A DNA stretch of 64,000 nt, from contig OY970303.1 of the NCBI GenBank assembly GCA_963716255.1, forward strand, positions 4,832,001 through 4,896,000. The letters are read 5' to 3'. Shown piece after piece: positions 1-8,031 of this stretch (the first letter of the stretch is position 1; each line of letters starts with the position of its first letter). This stretch comes from an uncultured Gemmatimonadales bacterium (GTDB lineage: Bacteria; Gemmatimonadota; Gemmatimonadetes; Longimicrobiales; Longimicrobiaceae). Below the pieces are notes generated by a model that was given only the letters and a program-made list of their open reading frames with translations, searched no databases and had not been told where the DNA came from. The position numbers and the translations under genes are program-made.

Positions 1-345
1 GATGACGCCCAGGTCCGTGGGGTTCGCCATCGCCACGGTGAGCGTGCGGCCCACCCGGCGCAGGGGGAGCACCTGGTGCTTGGCGGCGATCTCGGCGGGG
101 ATCAGCTTGAGGAGCTTGGGATCCAGCTTGACGCGCTCCAGGTCCACCGCGGGGACGCGGTGCTGGCGGGCGAGCGAGCGGACCAGGTCCTGCTCGCCCA
201 CGAAGCCCAGCTTCACCAGGCTGAAGCCGACGCGGTTGCCGTTCTGGCGCGCGTCCTCCAGGGCCTTGGTGAGCTGCTCGCGGGTGACGAGGCCGTCGTG
301 GACGAGCTGATCGCCGATGCGGTCAGCCGGGGCGATGACTGCCAT
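1..345 (-). CDS. pilB: Type IV pilus/T2SS assembly ATPase, N-terminal part (runs off window)
   Basis: Not in the ORF track. Manual translation from ATG at 345 gives MAVIAPADRIGDQLVHDGLVTREQLTKALEDARQNGNRVGFSLVKLGFVGEQDLVRSLARQHRVPAVDL...VLPLRRVGRTLTVAMANPTDL, i.e. MshEN-like repeats plus the GSPII_N 'VAMANP' motif. Confidence 0.8.
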   Translation of the reverse strand, partial: MAVIAPADRIGDQLVHDGLVTREQLTKALEDARQNGNRVGFSLVKLGFVGEQDLVRSLARQHRVPAVDLERVKLDPKLLKLIPAEIAAKHQVLPLRRVGRTLTVAMANPTDLGVI

Positions 346-406
346 TAGGATTGCCTGTTGAGCTTGCGGAGGGGGGAGAGAACGTTCACCGCAAGCGTAT
401 GCGCTG

Positions 407-1075
407 TCAAGGGGAAGCGTGCACCAGCGGGAGGAGGCGCTCCAGCGACTTTTGGCCGATTCCCGGCACCCCGTCCAGCTCCGCCGCCGCGCGGAAGCGC
501 CCGTGCTCGGCTCGCCAGGCCACGATCCGCTGCGCCAGCGCCGGCCCGATCCCCGGCAGCGCCTCCAGCTCCGCCGCCGTGGCGGTGTTGAGGTCCAGCG
601 TGCCGGAGGCGGAGGACTGCGCGGCGGGCATCGCGGCCGCCCGGCGGGCGCCGGCCGGAGCGCGGGAGGACGGCGGGGCGGGGGCGAGGGCCAGGTGCGG
701 GGCCACCTCCGCCAGCAGCGCCGGCCCCACGCCGGGGACCGAGTCCAGGTCGGCGAGGGTGCGGAAGGGGCCGGCGGTCTGCCGCCGCGCCACGATCTTG
801 GCCGCGAGCCCCGGCCCCACCCGGGGGAGCCGCTCCAGCTCCGTGGCCGTGGCGGTGTTGGGGTCGATGCGCTCGTCCGCGCCCAGCGGGCGCGAGGCCC
901 GCTCCGCGCGCTCGGCGGCCTCGCCGGAGCGGGCGAGGAGGGCGCCGGTGGTCCCCGCCGTCTCCGCGGCGCTCCACTCGGCCGGGGGCGGCTCGTGGCG
1001 CAGCGTCTTCGCCCCCACCCCGAAGGCGAGGAGGAGGGCGACCACCCCCAGCCCGGTACGCTCCTGCGTGGTCAC
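407..1075 (-). CDS. comEA: ComEA-family DNA-binding protein with two helix-hairpin-helix modules
   Basis: N-terminal TM segment; IDPNTATATELERLPRVGPGLAAKIV and LDLNTATAAELEALPGIGPALAQRIV HhH repeats. Confidence 0.85.
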   Translation of the reverse strand: MTTQERTGLGVVALLLAFGVGAKTLRHEPPPAEWSAAETAGTTGALLARSGEAAERAERASRPLGADERIDPNTATATELERLPRVGPGLAAKIVARRQTAGPFRTLADLDSVPGVGPALLAEVAPHLALAPAPPSSRAPAGARRAAAMPAAQSSASGTLDLNTATAAELEALPGIGPALAQRIVAWRAEHGRFRAAAELDGVPGIGQKSLERLLPLVHASP

Positions 1076-1079
1076 GAGC

Positions 1080-2042
1080 TCACCCTCCCCGGTACACCAG
1101 CTCGGCGATCACCTCTCCGACGATGCGGAGGCTCTCGGCGCTGGTGTTCTCCGGGACGTCCTGGGGGGTGTGCCAGTAGCGGTTCCCCGGGCCGTACTCG
1201 AAGTCGATGATGTCGATGGTGCGGATCCCCGCCTCGTTGAGCGGGACGTGGTCGTCCTGGATCTGCCCGCCGTCGGACATGGGGAACACGTCGCCGTAGC
1301 CCATCTCCTGCGCCAGGCTCCACACGCGCTGCACCACCTCGGGGGCGAAGCGCTGCGAGTTGCCCTCCACGGGGAAGCGCGGGGTCCGGTCGCCCACCAT
1401 GTCCAGCAGGACGCCGTAGAAGGGGCGGTAGCCGGCGGCGAGAGTGGCGGCGAAGTGCTTAGCCCCCAGGTACATGTCGTCGCCGGTGGGGCCGTAGTCC
1501 TCGCCGTCCACCAGCAGCAGGTCCACGCCGATGCCGGCGGGCTTCCGCTTGAGCATGTCCGCCAGCTCCAGCAGCACCGCGACCCCCGAGGCCCCGTCGT
1601 TGGCGCCGGGGACGGGCCTGCTGCGGTCCGCGCCGGCCGCCTGGTCGGAGGTGGGGCGGGTGTCCCAGTGCGCCACCAGCAGCACGCGGTCCTGCGCGTC
1701 CGGGCGGAAGCGGGCGAACAGGTTGGTCATGCGCAGCGTCCGGCCGCTCCGGGTGACGTGCGTGAACGGCTGCTCCACCACCGTGTCCGCGCGGGCGGCG
1801 AGGTACTCCTTCATCCACTGGAGCTGCGCGGCGTGGCCGGGCGTCCCCGGGATCCGCGGCCCGAAGGCGACCTGCCGCCGCAGGTGCTCGAAAGCCCGGG
1901 CGGAGTCGAAGGCGGGGCGGTCGGCGCGCGGCCCGGCGGGGGCGCCGGGGGCTTCGCCGGCGGAGCCGCTCCGGTCGCAGCCGGGCGCGAGGGCGAGCGC
2001 GAGCAGGAGCAGGGAACGAACGGCCAGAGAGGACGGTATCAC
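1080..2042 (-). CDS. M28-family peptidase / glutaminyl cyclase-like lipoprotein
   Basis: Lipobox-like LAPGC; motifs AHWDTRP, GANDGASGVA, DGEDYG, DDHVP, YWHT. Start uncertain (GTG ~2042; ORF open to 2102). Confidence 0.85.
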   Translation of the reverse strand: MIPSSLAVRSLLLLALALAPGCDRSGSAGEAPGAPAGPRADRPAFDSARAFEHLRRQVAFGPRIPGTPGHAAQLQWMKEYLAARADTVVEQPFTHVTRSGRTLRMTNLFARFRPDAQDRVLLVAHWDTRPTSDQAAGADRSRPVPGANDGASGVAVLLELADMLKRKPAGIGVDLLLVDGEDYGPTGDDMYLGAKHFAATLAAGYRPFYGVLLDMVGDRTPRFPVEGNSQRFAPEVVQRVWSLAQEMGYGDVFPMSDGGQIQDDHVPLNEAGIRTIDIIDFEYGPGNRYWHTPQDVPENTSAESLRIVGEVIAELVYRGG

Positions 2043-2151
2043 GGACGCTTCTTTCTCGGGGGTGCCGGGAGAGCGGGGGAGGTGCGCGGGTGGGGATGTC
2101 AAGCTATACTAGGGCGTCCCTTTCCGCACAGCAAGTATCGGCCATTCGCGG

Positions 2152-3537
2152 ATGAAGATCCTTACGCGCTACCTCCTGCGGGCTCACGTCGGCCCGTTTT
2201 TGTTTGCCTTCATGGCGCTCACGGGCGTCATCACCATCAACACCCTGGCCCGCCGGCTCGCGGAGCTGGCCGGGAAAGGGCTTCCCCTGGACGTCGTTTT
2301 CCGCTTCTTCGTGCTGTCGCTCCCGGCCACCATGGCGCTGACCTTTCCCATGGCGGTGCTGGTGTCGGTGCTGTACACCTTCTCCAACCTCACCGCGGAC
2401 AACGAGGTGACGGCGCTGAAGGCCAGCGGGATCGACCTGAAGCGGCTGCTCCTCCCCCTCTTCGTGGCGGCGGCGCTGATCGCGGGCGGGATGGTGTGGT
2501 TCAACGACCGGGTCCTGCCGGAGAGCAACCACCGCTGGAGCCAGCTGATGGTGGACATCGGGCGCAAGAGCCCGCTGTTCATCCTCCGGCCGCAGGTCAT
2601 CAACCGCATCCCCACCGCGGACGGCCGCTCGTTCTTTTTGCGCGCGGCCCGCACGGACCCCAACACCAGCCGTTTGTGGGACGTGGTGATCTACGACGTC
2701 AGCCAGCCGCGCATCATGCGCACGGTGTACGCGGACTCGGGGGTGATGGCCTTCAACACCGCCCGCACCGACCTGCTGCTGACGCTGTACGACGGCCACC
2801 TGCGCGAGGTGGACATGGACCAGCCGGCGGGCTTCCAGCGCGTCGCCTTCAAGCAGCAGATGCGCCGCATCCCCGGGGTGGCGAACCAGCTCCAGGTGGG
2901 GAGCGCGGCCGGCAGCTACCGCGGCGACCGCGAGATGACGGTGGGGATGCTCCAGGCCCGGGTGGACTCGCTCCGGGTGCAGCTGCGGCAGGTCAAGGCC
3001 GACGCGCACCGCACGGCGGGCGACGACCTGGCGCGCGCCCTGGGCCGCGGCCCCAGGGCCGACCCCGGCGAGGCGCCGCTGGCCTCGGGGATGGTGAGGC
3101 AGGACGCGGCGCAGGCCGCCCGCTTCGCGGCGGACAACCTGGCGTCGTCGCTGGGGCGCGCGCGCGAGCTGCAGCGCCAGATGCGCGAGTACCGGGTGGA
3201 GGTGCAGAAGAAGTACTCCATCGCCGCGGCGACGCTGGTGTTCGTGCTGGTGGGGGCGCCGCTGGCGATCCGCTTCCCGCGGGGCGGGGTGGGAATGGTG
3301 ATCGCCTTCAGCCTGGTGATCTTCGCCATCTACTACGTGGGGCTGATCGGCGGGGAAACGCTGGCGGACGAGGGGTACGTGACCCCGGAGTGGGCCATGT
3401 GGATCGTCAACGTGGTCATGGCGGGGCTGGGGGTGTTCTGGGTGGCGCGGATGGGGAACGAGACCTCGTCGGCGCGCAGCGGCCCCTGGGACGAGTGGGT
3501 GGAGCGGCTGCGCGCCCGGTTCGGAGGCCGCGCATGA
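2152..3537 (+). CDS. lptF: LPS export ABC permease LptF
   Basis: MKILTRYLLR start, DNEVTALKASGI motif, three TM + periplasmic + three TM layout; ATGA overlap with the next gene. Confidence 0.85.
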   Translation: MKILTRYLLRAHVGPFLFAFMALTGVITINTLARRLAELAGKGLPLDVVFRFFVLSLPATMALTFPMAVLVSVLYTFSNLTADNEVTALKASGIDLKRLLLPLFVAAALIAGGMVWFNDRVLPESNHRWSQLMVDIGRKSPLFILRPQVINRIPTADGRSFFLRAARTDPNTSRLWDVVIYDVSQPRIMRTVYADSGVMAFNTARTDLLLTLYDGHLREVDMDQPAGFQRVAFKQQMRRIPGVANQLQVGSAAGSYRGDREMTVGMLQARVDSLRVQLRQVKADAHRTAGDDLARALGRGPRADPGEAPLASGMVRQDAAQAARFAADNLASSLGRARELQRQMREYRVEVQKKYSIAAATLVFVLVGAPLAIRFPRGGVGMVIAFSLVIFAIYYVGLIGGETLADEGYVTPEWAMWIVNVVMAGLGVFWVARMGNETSSARSGPWDEWVERLRARFGGRA

Positions 3538-4607
3538 TCAAGCTGCTGGACCGCTACGTGGGCCTGCAGTACCTGCGCACCTTTTCGCTGCTGGTGCTGG
3601 GGCTTCCGCTGCTGTTCGTGGTCACGGACCTCACGGACAACCTGGACACGTACGTGGACAAGGGGCTGTCGCTCCCCACGGTGGCGCTGTCGTACGTGTA
3701 CCAGATGCCGCTGTTCATCATGTACGCCTTCCCCATCGCGGCGCTGGTGGCGACGGTGTTCACCATCGGGGGGATGACGGGGCACATGGAGATCGGCGCG
3801 GCCAAGGCGGCCGGGGTCTCCTTCTACCGCATCCTGGCGCCCATCATCTTCATCGCGGCGCTGCTGAGCGGGGCGGCGCTGGGGCTGGGCGAGCTGGTGC
3901 CGGTGACCAACGGCATGCGCGCGGTGCTGATGGGGGAGAGCCGCGCCCGCGCGACCACGCTGCGCACCAACTTCGTCTTCCAGACGGAGCGCAGCGGGGT
4001 GCTCTCGGTGCGGCGCCTGGACCCGGGGTCGGCGGAGATGCACGGGGTGGTGCTGGAGCGCAAGACGACGCCGCAGACGCCGGGGGTGCACGGCTTCGCG
4101 GAAACGGCGCGCTGGACGCCGAAGGAAGGCTGGAAGCTGGAGCGCGGCTACCTGCGCGTGCTGACGCACGCGGGCGACGAGCGCACCTTTTCCTTCACCA
4201 GCCTGGGGCTGCCGCAGCTCACGGAAACGCCGGAGGACCTGCTGGCGGAGCCCAAGGAGCCGGAGGAGATGCGCTACGCGGAGATGACGCGGTTCATCGG
4301 CGCCATCGAGCGCTCGGGCGGCGACGCGCGCCCGCTGCTGGTGGAGCGCGCGCAGAAGATCGCGCTGCCGCTGGCGGTGTTCGTGATCGTGCTCTTCGGG
4401 GCGCCGCTCTCCACGAGCTCGCAGCGGGGCGGGGCGGCGTACGGCATCGGCATCAGCCTGATCATCACCCTCGTCTACCTGCTGCTCTTCCGCGTCATGC
4501 GCGCCCTGGGCGAGAGCGGCGCGGTGGAGCCGGTGCTTGCGGCGTGGGTGCCCAACGGGATCTTCCTGGTGGCGGGGCTGTTCCTGCTGTGGCGGGTGAG
4601 GACGTAG
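3534..4607 (+). CDS. lptG: LPS export ABC permease LptG
   Basis: MIKLLDRYV start, EIGAAKAAGVS, C-terminal AAWVPN; the C-terminal part of the 351..4607 ORF. Confidence 0.85.
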   Translation: MIKLLDRYVGLQYLRTFSLLVLGLPLLFVVTDLTDNLDTYVDKGLSLPTVALSYVYQMPLFIMYAFPIAALVATVFTIGGMTGHMEIGAAKAAGVSFYRILAPIIFIAALLSGAALGLGELVPVTNGMRAVLMGESRARATTLRTNFVFQTERSGVLSVRRLDPGSAEMHGVVLERKTTPQTPGVHGFAETARWTPKEGWKLERGYLRVLTHAGDERTFSFTSLGLPQLTETPEDLLAEPKEPEEMRYAEMTRFIGAIERSGGDARPLLVERAQKIALPLAVFVIVLFGAPLSTSSQRGGAAYGIGISLIITLVYLLLFRVMRALGESGAVEPVLAAWVPNGIFLVAGLFLLWRVRT

Positions 4608-4660
4608 GGAACGGCAATACGGAGTGCGCGGATACCGGATCTTGTCGGAACGGTCTGGTA

Positions 4661-4800
4661 CGGCGGGGTCGGGCGTGCCCCCGGCGGGCGCCGGGGTCGG
4701 GCTTCGGCTCCGTAACGCACGAAACGACCGTGCGTAACGGAGTCGAGCCTCCACGATACTGCCGTGGAGTCTCGCCCCTTCGGGCCGAAATCCCTCACGC
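4661..4800 (+). repeat. Structured intergenic repeat family R1, copy 1
   Basis: GGGTCGGGCGTGCCCCCGG...GGCTCCGTA...AACGGAGTCGAGCC...ATCCCTCACGC; same backbone at six other sites. Confidence 0.9.
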
Positions 4801-4925
4801 GGGCTCCGACGCGGCCGCAGGATCCGGCGGGCGCCCGCCTCACGGGTTCCGTATGACAGCGGAAAAGAGACTGTGCGGGAGTCGAACGGCGGCTCCCGCA
4901 CTTCTGCGTTCGTCGCACCGCTTTC

Positions 4926-5225
4926 CTACCCCGCCACCTCGTAGTGCGTGACCCGGGGCTCCAGCTCCAGCAGGTACTCTGCGTCCTCCGGGTAGTAGCG
5001 GGCCCGCTCCGGGTCGTCGCCGGCGAAGGCGCGGACGGCGTCCCACGACTCCCATAGGCTCACCAGCAGGAAGTGCGTCCGGCCGCCCTCGGCGCGGCGC
5101 AGCACCTGCACCCCGCGGTTTCCCTCCGTCGCCCGGTAGTCGGGCACCCCCGTGCGGCTCAGGTATTCCAGGTACGCGTCGGCCCTGTCCGCGGGGACGG
5201 CGCCGTGCCACAGGCGCGCGATCAC
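4926..5225 (-). CDS. Antibiotic biosynthesis monooxygenase-like (dimeric alpha-beta barrel) protein
   Basis: GTG start overlapping the upstream stop; IARLWHG...YLEYL...GNRGV...FLLVSLWESWDAVRAFAG...YYPED. Confidence 0.75.
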   Translation of the reverse strand: MIARLWHGAVPADRADAYLEYLSRTGVPDYRATEGNRGVQVLRRAEGGRTHFLLVSLWESWDAVRAFAGDDPERARYYPEDAEYLLELEPRVTHYEVAG

Positions 5226-5698
5226 GCGGGGCTCCCGGCGCGCACGGCCCTGCGCAGCAGCGCGATCTGCCCGGCGTGGTAGACGGTGTGCTGGACGGCG
5301 CCGTGCAGGGTGGCGTAGCGCGTGGCGGTGCCGGGGTAGGGCGGCTCGTCGAGCCCCGCGTCGTCCAGCGAGGCGACGGCCTCGCGCAGGCGGCGGGCGC
5401 GCTCGTCCAGGCGGCCGAGGAGCGCCTGCCACTCGTCCTCGCTCGCGGCGGCGGCGCGCGGCCAGTCGCCCTCCGCGGGCGCGCGCAGGGGCTCGCCGGC
5501 CAGGCGGCGGAGCAGCGTGTCCTCCCAGGCGGCAAGGTGCTGCACGATCTCGCGGATGCTGTGCGCGCCGGGGACGGGGCGCGCGGCGGCCTCGGCGGCG
5601 GTGACGCCGTCCAGCGCCTCGCGCAGGGAGGGGCCGTGCCACGCCTTGCCCTGGTAGGCGCGGCGCATCTGGTCGAGGATGCGTTGGATCTCGGTCAT
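5222..5698 (-). CDS. DinB-family protein
   Basis: HSIREIVQHL and QHTVYHAGQI His motifs. Confidence 0.85.
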   Translation of the reverse strand: MTEIQRILDQMRRAYQGKAWHGPSLREALDGVTAAEAAARPVPGAHSIREIVQHLAAWEDTLLRRLAGEPLRAPAEGDWPRAAAASEDEWQALLGRLDERARRLREAVASLDDAGLDEPPYPGTATRYATLHGAVQHTVYHAGQIALLRRAVRAGSPA

Positions 5699-5725
5699 GG
5701 GGCGATTTTCTTCGGGTGTGGGCGT

Positions 5726-6028
5726 TCAGGACAGGGCGCGGAGCGCCCAGGCGGCGGCGACTCCGGCGAGGGTGGCGAGCGGGAAGCTGCGCGTGCGCGC
5801 GGCGACGAGCACCGTGGCGGCGCCGGCCAGCGCGGCGGCCGCGCCGCCGGCCAGGAGCGCGGGGGCGAGGAGGGCGGCGAGCACGGCGCCGGGCGCGTGG
5901 CGCAGCCCCGCGGCGACCCGCGGCGAGGGCGCGAGGTGGCTGGTGAGCCAGAGCCCCCCGGCCCGCGCGGCGACGGTGACCGCGGCCATCCCCAGGATGG
6001 CGGCGAGGGCGGCGGGGTCAGCGCGCAT
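5726..6028 (-). CDS. azlD: AzlD-family membrane protein
   Basis: AILGMAAVT..R..G, PGAVLAAL; directly downstream of AzlC. Confidence 0.75.
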   Translation of the reverse strand: MRADPAALAAILGMAAVTVAARAGGLWLTSHLAPSPRVAAGLRHAPGAVLAALLAPALLAGGAAAALAGAATVLVAARTRSFPLATLAGVAAAWALRALS

Positions 6029-6959
6029 CGCCCAGCCCTCCCGCGACGGCGCCGGCGAGGCCGCCCAGCAGCACGTGCCACCCGTCGGGGAGGAGCGGGG
6101 CGGCGAGCAGCGCCGTTCCGGCGGCCGCGATCCAGGGAGGCAGGCTGCGGCGCGGCCCTTCCCAGAAGGTCACCAGCAGCGCCAGGAAGAGCGCGGTGAC
6201 CAGGAAGTCGAGCCCCCAGCGCTGCGGGTCGGGGAGCCGGCCGCCGAGCGCGCTTCCCAGCAGCGTCCCGCCCACCCAGCCGGCGAACATCGCCACTCCG
6301 CTCCCCAGGAGCACGCCCGCGTCCCTTTCCCCGGCGCGGAAGCGGCCCAGGGCGAGGGTCCAGTTCTCGTCGAAGAGGAAGAGCGCGGCGCCGTAGCGGG
6401 CGCGCCGCGGCAGCCCGGCGAGCCAGGGGCCGAGCGCCGCGCCCAGCAGCACGTAGCGCAGGTTGATGGCGAGGGTGGTGAGGACCAGGGCGGCGACGGG
6501 GAGGGGATGCCTCCACGCCTCCAGCGCCACCAGCTGCGCGGTGCCGGCGGCCACGGTGGCGCTCATCAGCACCGCCTCGCCCGTGCCCATTCCCACCTGG
6601 CGCGCGCCCATCCCGAACACGATGCCGAAGAGCAGGGAGGTGAGCACGAACGGCGCGCCCAGGCGCGCTCCGAGGAGCACGCCCGCGCGCGTGAGCACCA
6701 CCCCGCCGGCGGGCGGCCCGCCCGGCCCGCCGCCCGGCGGGTGCGCTCCCGCCGCCCCGCCGTCCCGCCCCGCCCGCGGCCCCGGGGTGCCGGGCGGCGC
6801 GTACCCGCTCCGCACCAGCTGCGCCCACCCCGCCAGGTACATGGCAAACGCGCGGGCCACGGGCCGTCTCCAGTCCCACGCGCGTCCCGGGGTGCGCGCC
6901 GCGGCCGGGAGCCGCGGTGCGGGGACCCGGCCCGGGTACAGCGTCCTCTCGCCTTGCAT
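6018..6959 (-). CDS. azlC: AzlC-family branched-chain amino acid exporter (start uncertain; core begins ~6701)
   Basis: FGIVFG, AGTAQLVAL, INLRYVL, DENW, GLDF motifs. Confidence 0.75.
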   Translation of the reverse strand: MQGERTLYPGRVPAPRLPAAARTPGRAWDWRRPVARAFAMYLAGWAQLVRSGYAPPGTPGPRAGRDGGAAGAHPPGGGPGGPPAGGVVLTRAGVLLGARLGAPFVLTSLLFGIVFGMGARQVGMGTGEAVLMSATVAAGTAQLVALEAWRHPLPVAALVLTTLAINLRYVLLGAALGPWLAGLPRRARYGAALFLFDENWTLALGRFRAGERDAGVLLGSGVAMFAGWVGGTLLGSALGGRLPDPQRWGLDFLVTALFLALLVTFWEGPRRSLPPWIAAAGTALLAAPLLPDGWHVLLGGLAGAVAGGLGDAR

Positions 6960-7095
6960 GTCCGCCTCCGGTTTCCATCGTTGTCCCGATCTACCACCAA
7001 AATGCTTTTTGATGGTTAGTTGCATGCTAATGCTGGCGCGCTAACCTGTCAAGGTTTATTTTGATGGTGTGAAACGCGACTCCGGAGGCACCCCG

Positions 7096-7728
7096 ATGAG
7101 CGACGAGAGCAACCCGCTGGACGAGCTGACCCTGGTGGGAGGGCGGCTCTGCCTGGACTTCACCAACACCGTGGGCTCCCGCGGCGTGGTGAACGAGCGC
7201 GACCGCCTGAAGGGCTACCCGGAGCTGCTCTGGTGGGGGGTACGGGCGGAGGTGCTGACGGAGGACGCGCGGCGCGCGCTGATGGACCGCGCCGCGGAGC
7301 GCCCGGCGGAGGCGGAGGCGGTGTTCCGCCGCGCGGTGGGGTTCCGCGAGGCGGCCTGGCGCCTGTTCCGCGCGCTGGAGGAGGGCGAGGACCCCGCCGC
7401 CGCGGACCTTGCGACGGTGAACGGCGAGGTGGCGCGCGCGATGGGGCACGCGCGGCTGGAGCGGACCGCGGAGGGATTCGCGTGGGGGTGGGACGACGCG
7501 CCGGAGGCGGACCGCGTGCTGTGGCCGGTGGCGCGCTCCACGGCGGAGCTGCTGGCCTCGCCGGAGCTGGGGCGGGTGGGGCGCTGCGCGGCGGAGAGCT
7601 GCGGCTGGCTGTACCTGGACACGAGCAAGAACCGCAGCCGCCGCTGGTGCGACATGCGCGACTGCGGCAACCGCGCCAAGGTGCGCCGCCACTACCGGCG
7701 CCACCGCGCCGGCGAAGCCGACGGTTAA
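7096..7728 (+). CDS. ABATE/CGNR zinc-finger protein
   Basis: LCLDFTNT; CxxxxC...DTSKNRSRRWCDMRDCGNRAK; GGAGG RBS before the ATG. Confidence 0.9.
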   Translation: MSDESNPLDELTLVGGRLCLDFTNTVGSRGVVNERDRLKGYPELLWWGVRAEVLTEDARRALMDRAAERPAEAEAVFRRAVGFREAAWRLFRALEEGEDPAAADLATVNGEVARAMGHARLERTAEGFAWGWDDAPEADRVLWPVARSTAELLASPELGRVGRCAAESCGWLYLDTSKNRSRRWCDMRDCGNRAKVRRHYRRHRAGEADG

Positions 7729-7759
7729 CCCGTCGTGCGCCCGCTGCGCCGCCGATATG

Positions 7760-7801
7760 GGTAAAACTCCCGATGCCCGCCGCCGCCGCCGCCGCTAGCT
7801 T
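7760..7801 (+). promoter_or_regulatory. Putative eCIS promoter 1 (16-bp box + -10 TAGCTT)
   Basis: GGTAAAACTCCCGATG-N20-TAGCTT; same architecture at 16917-16958. Confidence 0.5.
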
Positions 7802-7844
7802 CCGGGCCGACCGCAGCGAGGCCGCGCGGGGGAACGGGGGAGCT

Positions 7845-7980
7845 GCGTGAGGGATTTCGGCCCGAAGGGGCGAGACCCGCGGGCAGTTTCGCGGGGCTCG
7901 ACTCCGTTAGGCAGCGTTGTTTGCTGCCTTACGGAGCCGAAGCCCGACCCCGGCGCAGCCGGGGGCACGCCCGGACCCGC
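7845..7980 (-). repeat. R1 repeat copy 2
   Basis: Reverse complement of R1; nearly identical to 24125-24260. Confidence 0.9.
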
Positions 7981-8031
7981 AGTCCGGCCCGTTCCTCCTC
8001 CGCGAAAACCGCCCCACCCCCCGAAACGACC

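Noticed and set aside
351..3533. N-terminal ~1060 aa of the 1418-aa ORF 351..4607
   Set aside because: Shadow frame of comEA, the peptidase and lptF in high-GC DNA; only 3534-4607 (LptG) looks like real protein.
4774..4786. cUUCGg tetraloop in R1
   Set aside because: Across copies the better stem is GCCC-N4-GGGC with loops CTTC/CTCC/TGCC, so UNCG is not conserved.
6702..7025. Long in-frame N-terminal extension of AzlC as a separate leader peptide
   Set aside because: No internal stop or recognisable motif; the start cannot be resolved from sequence alone.
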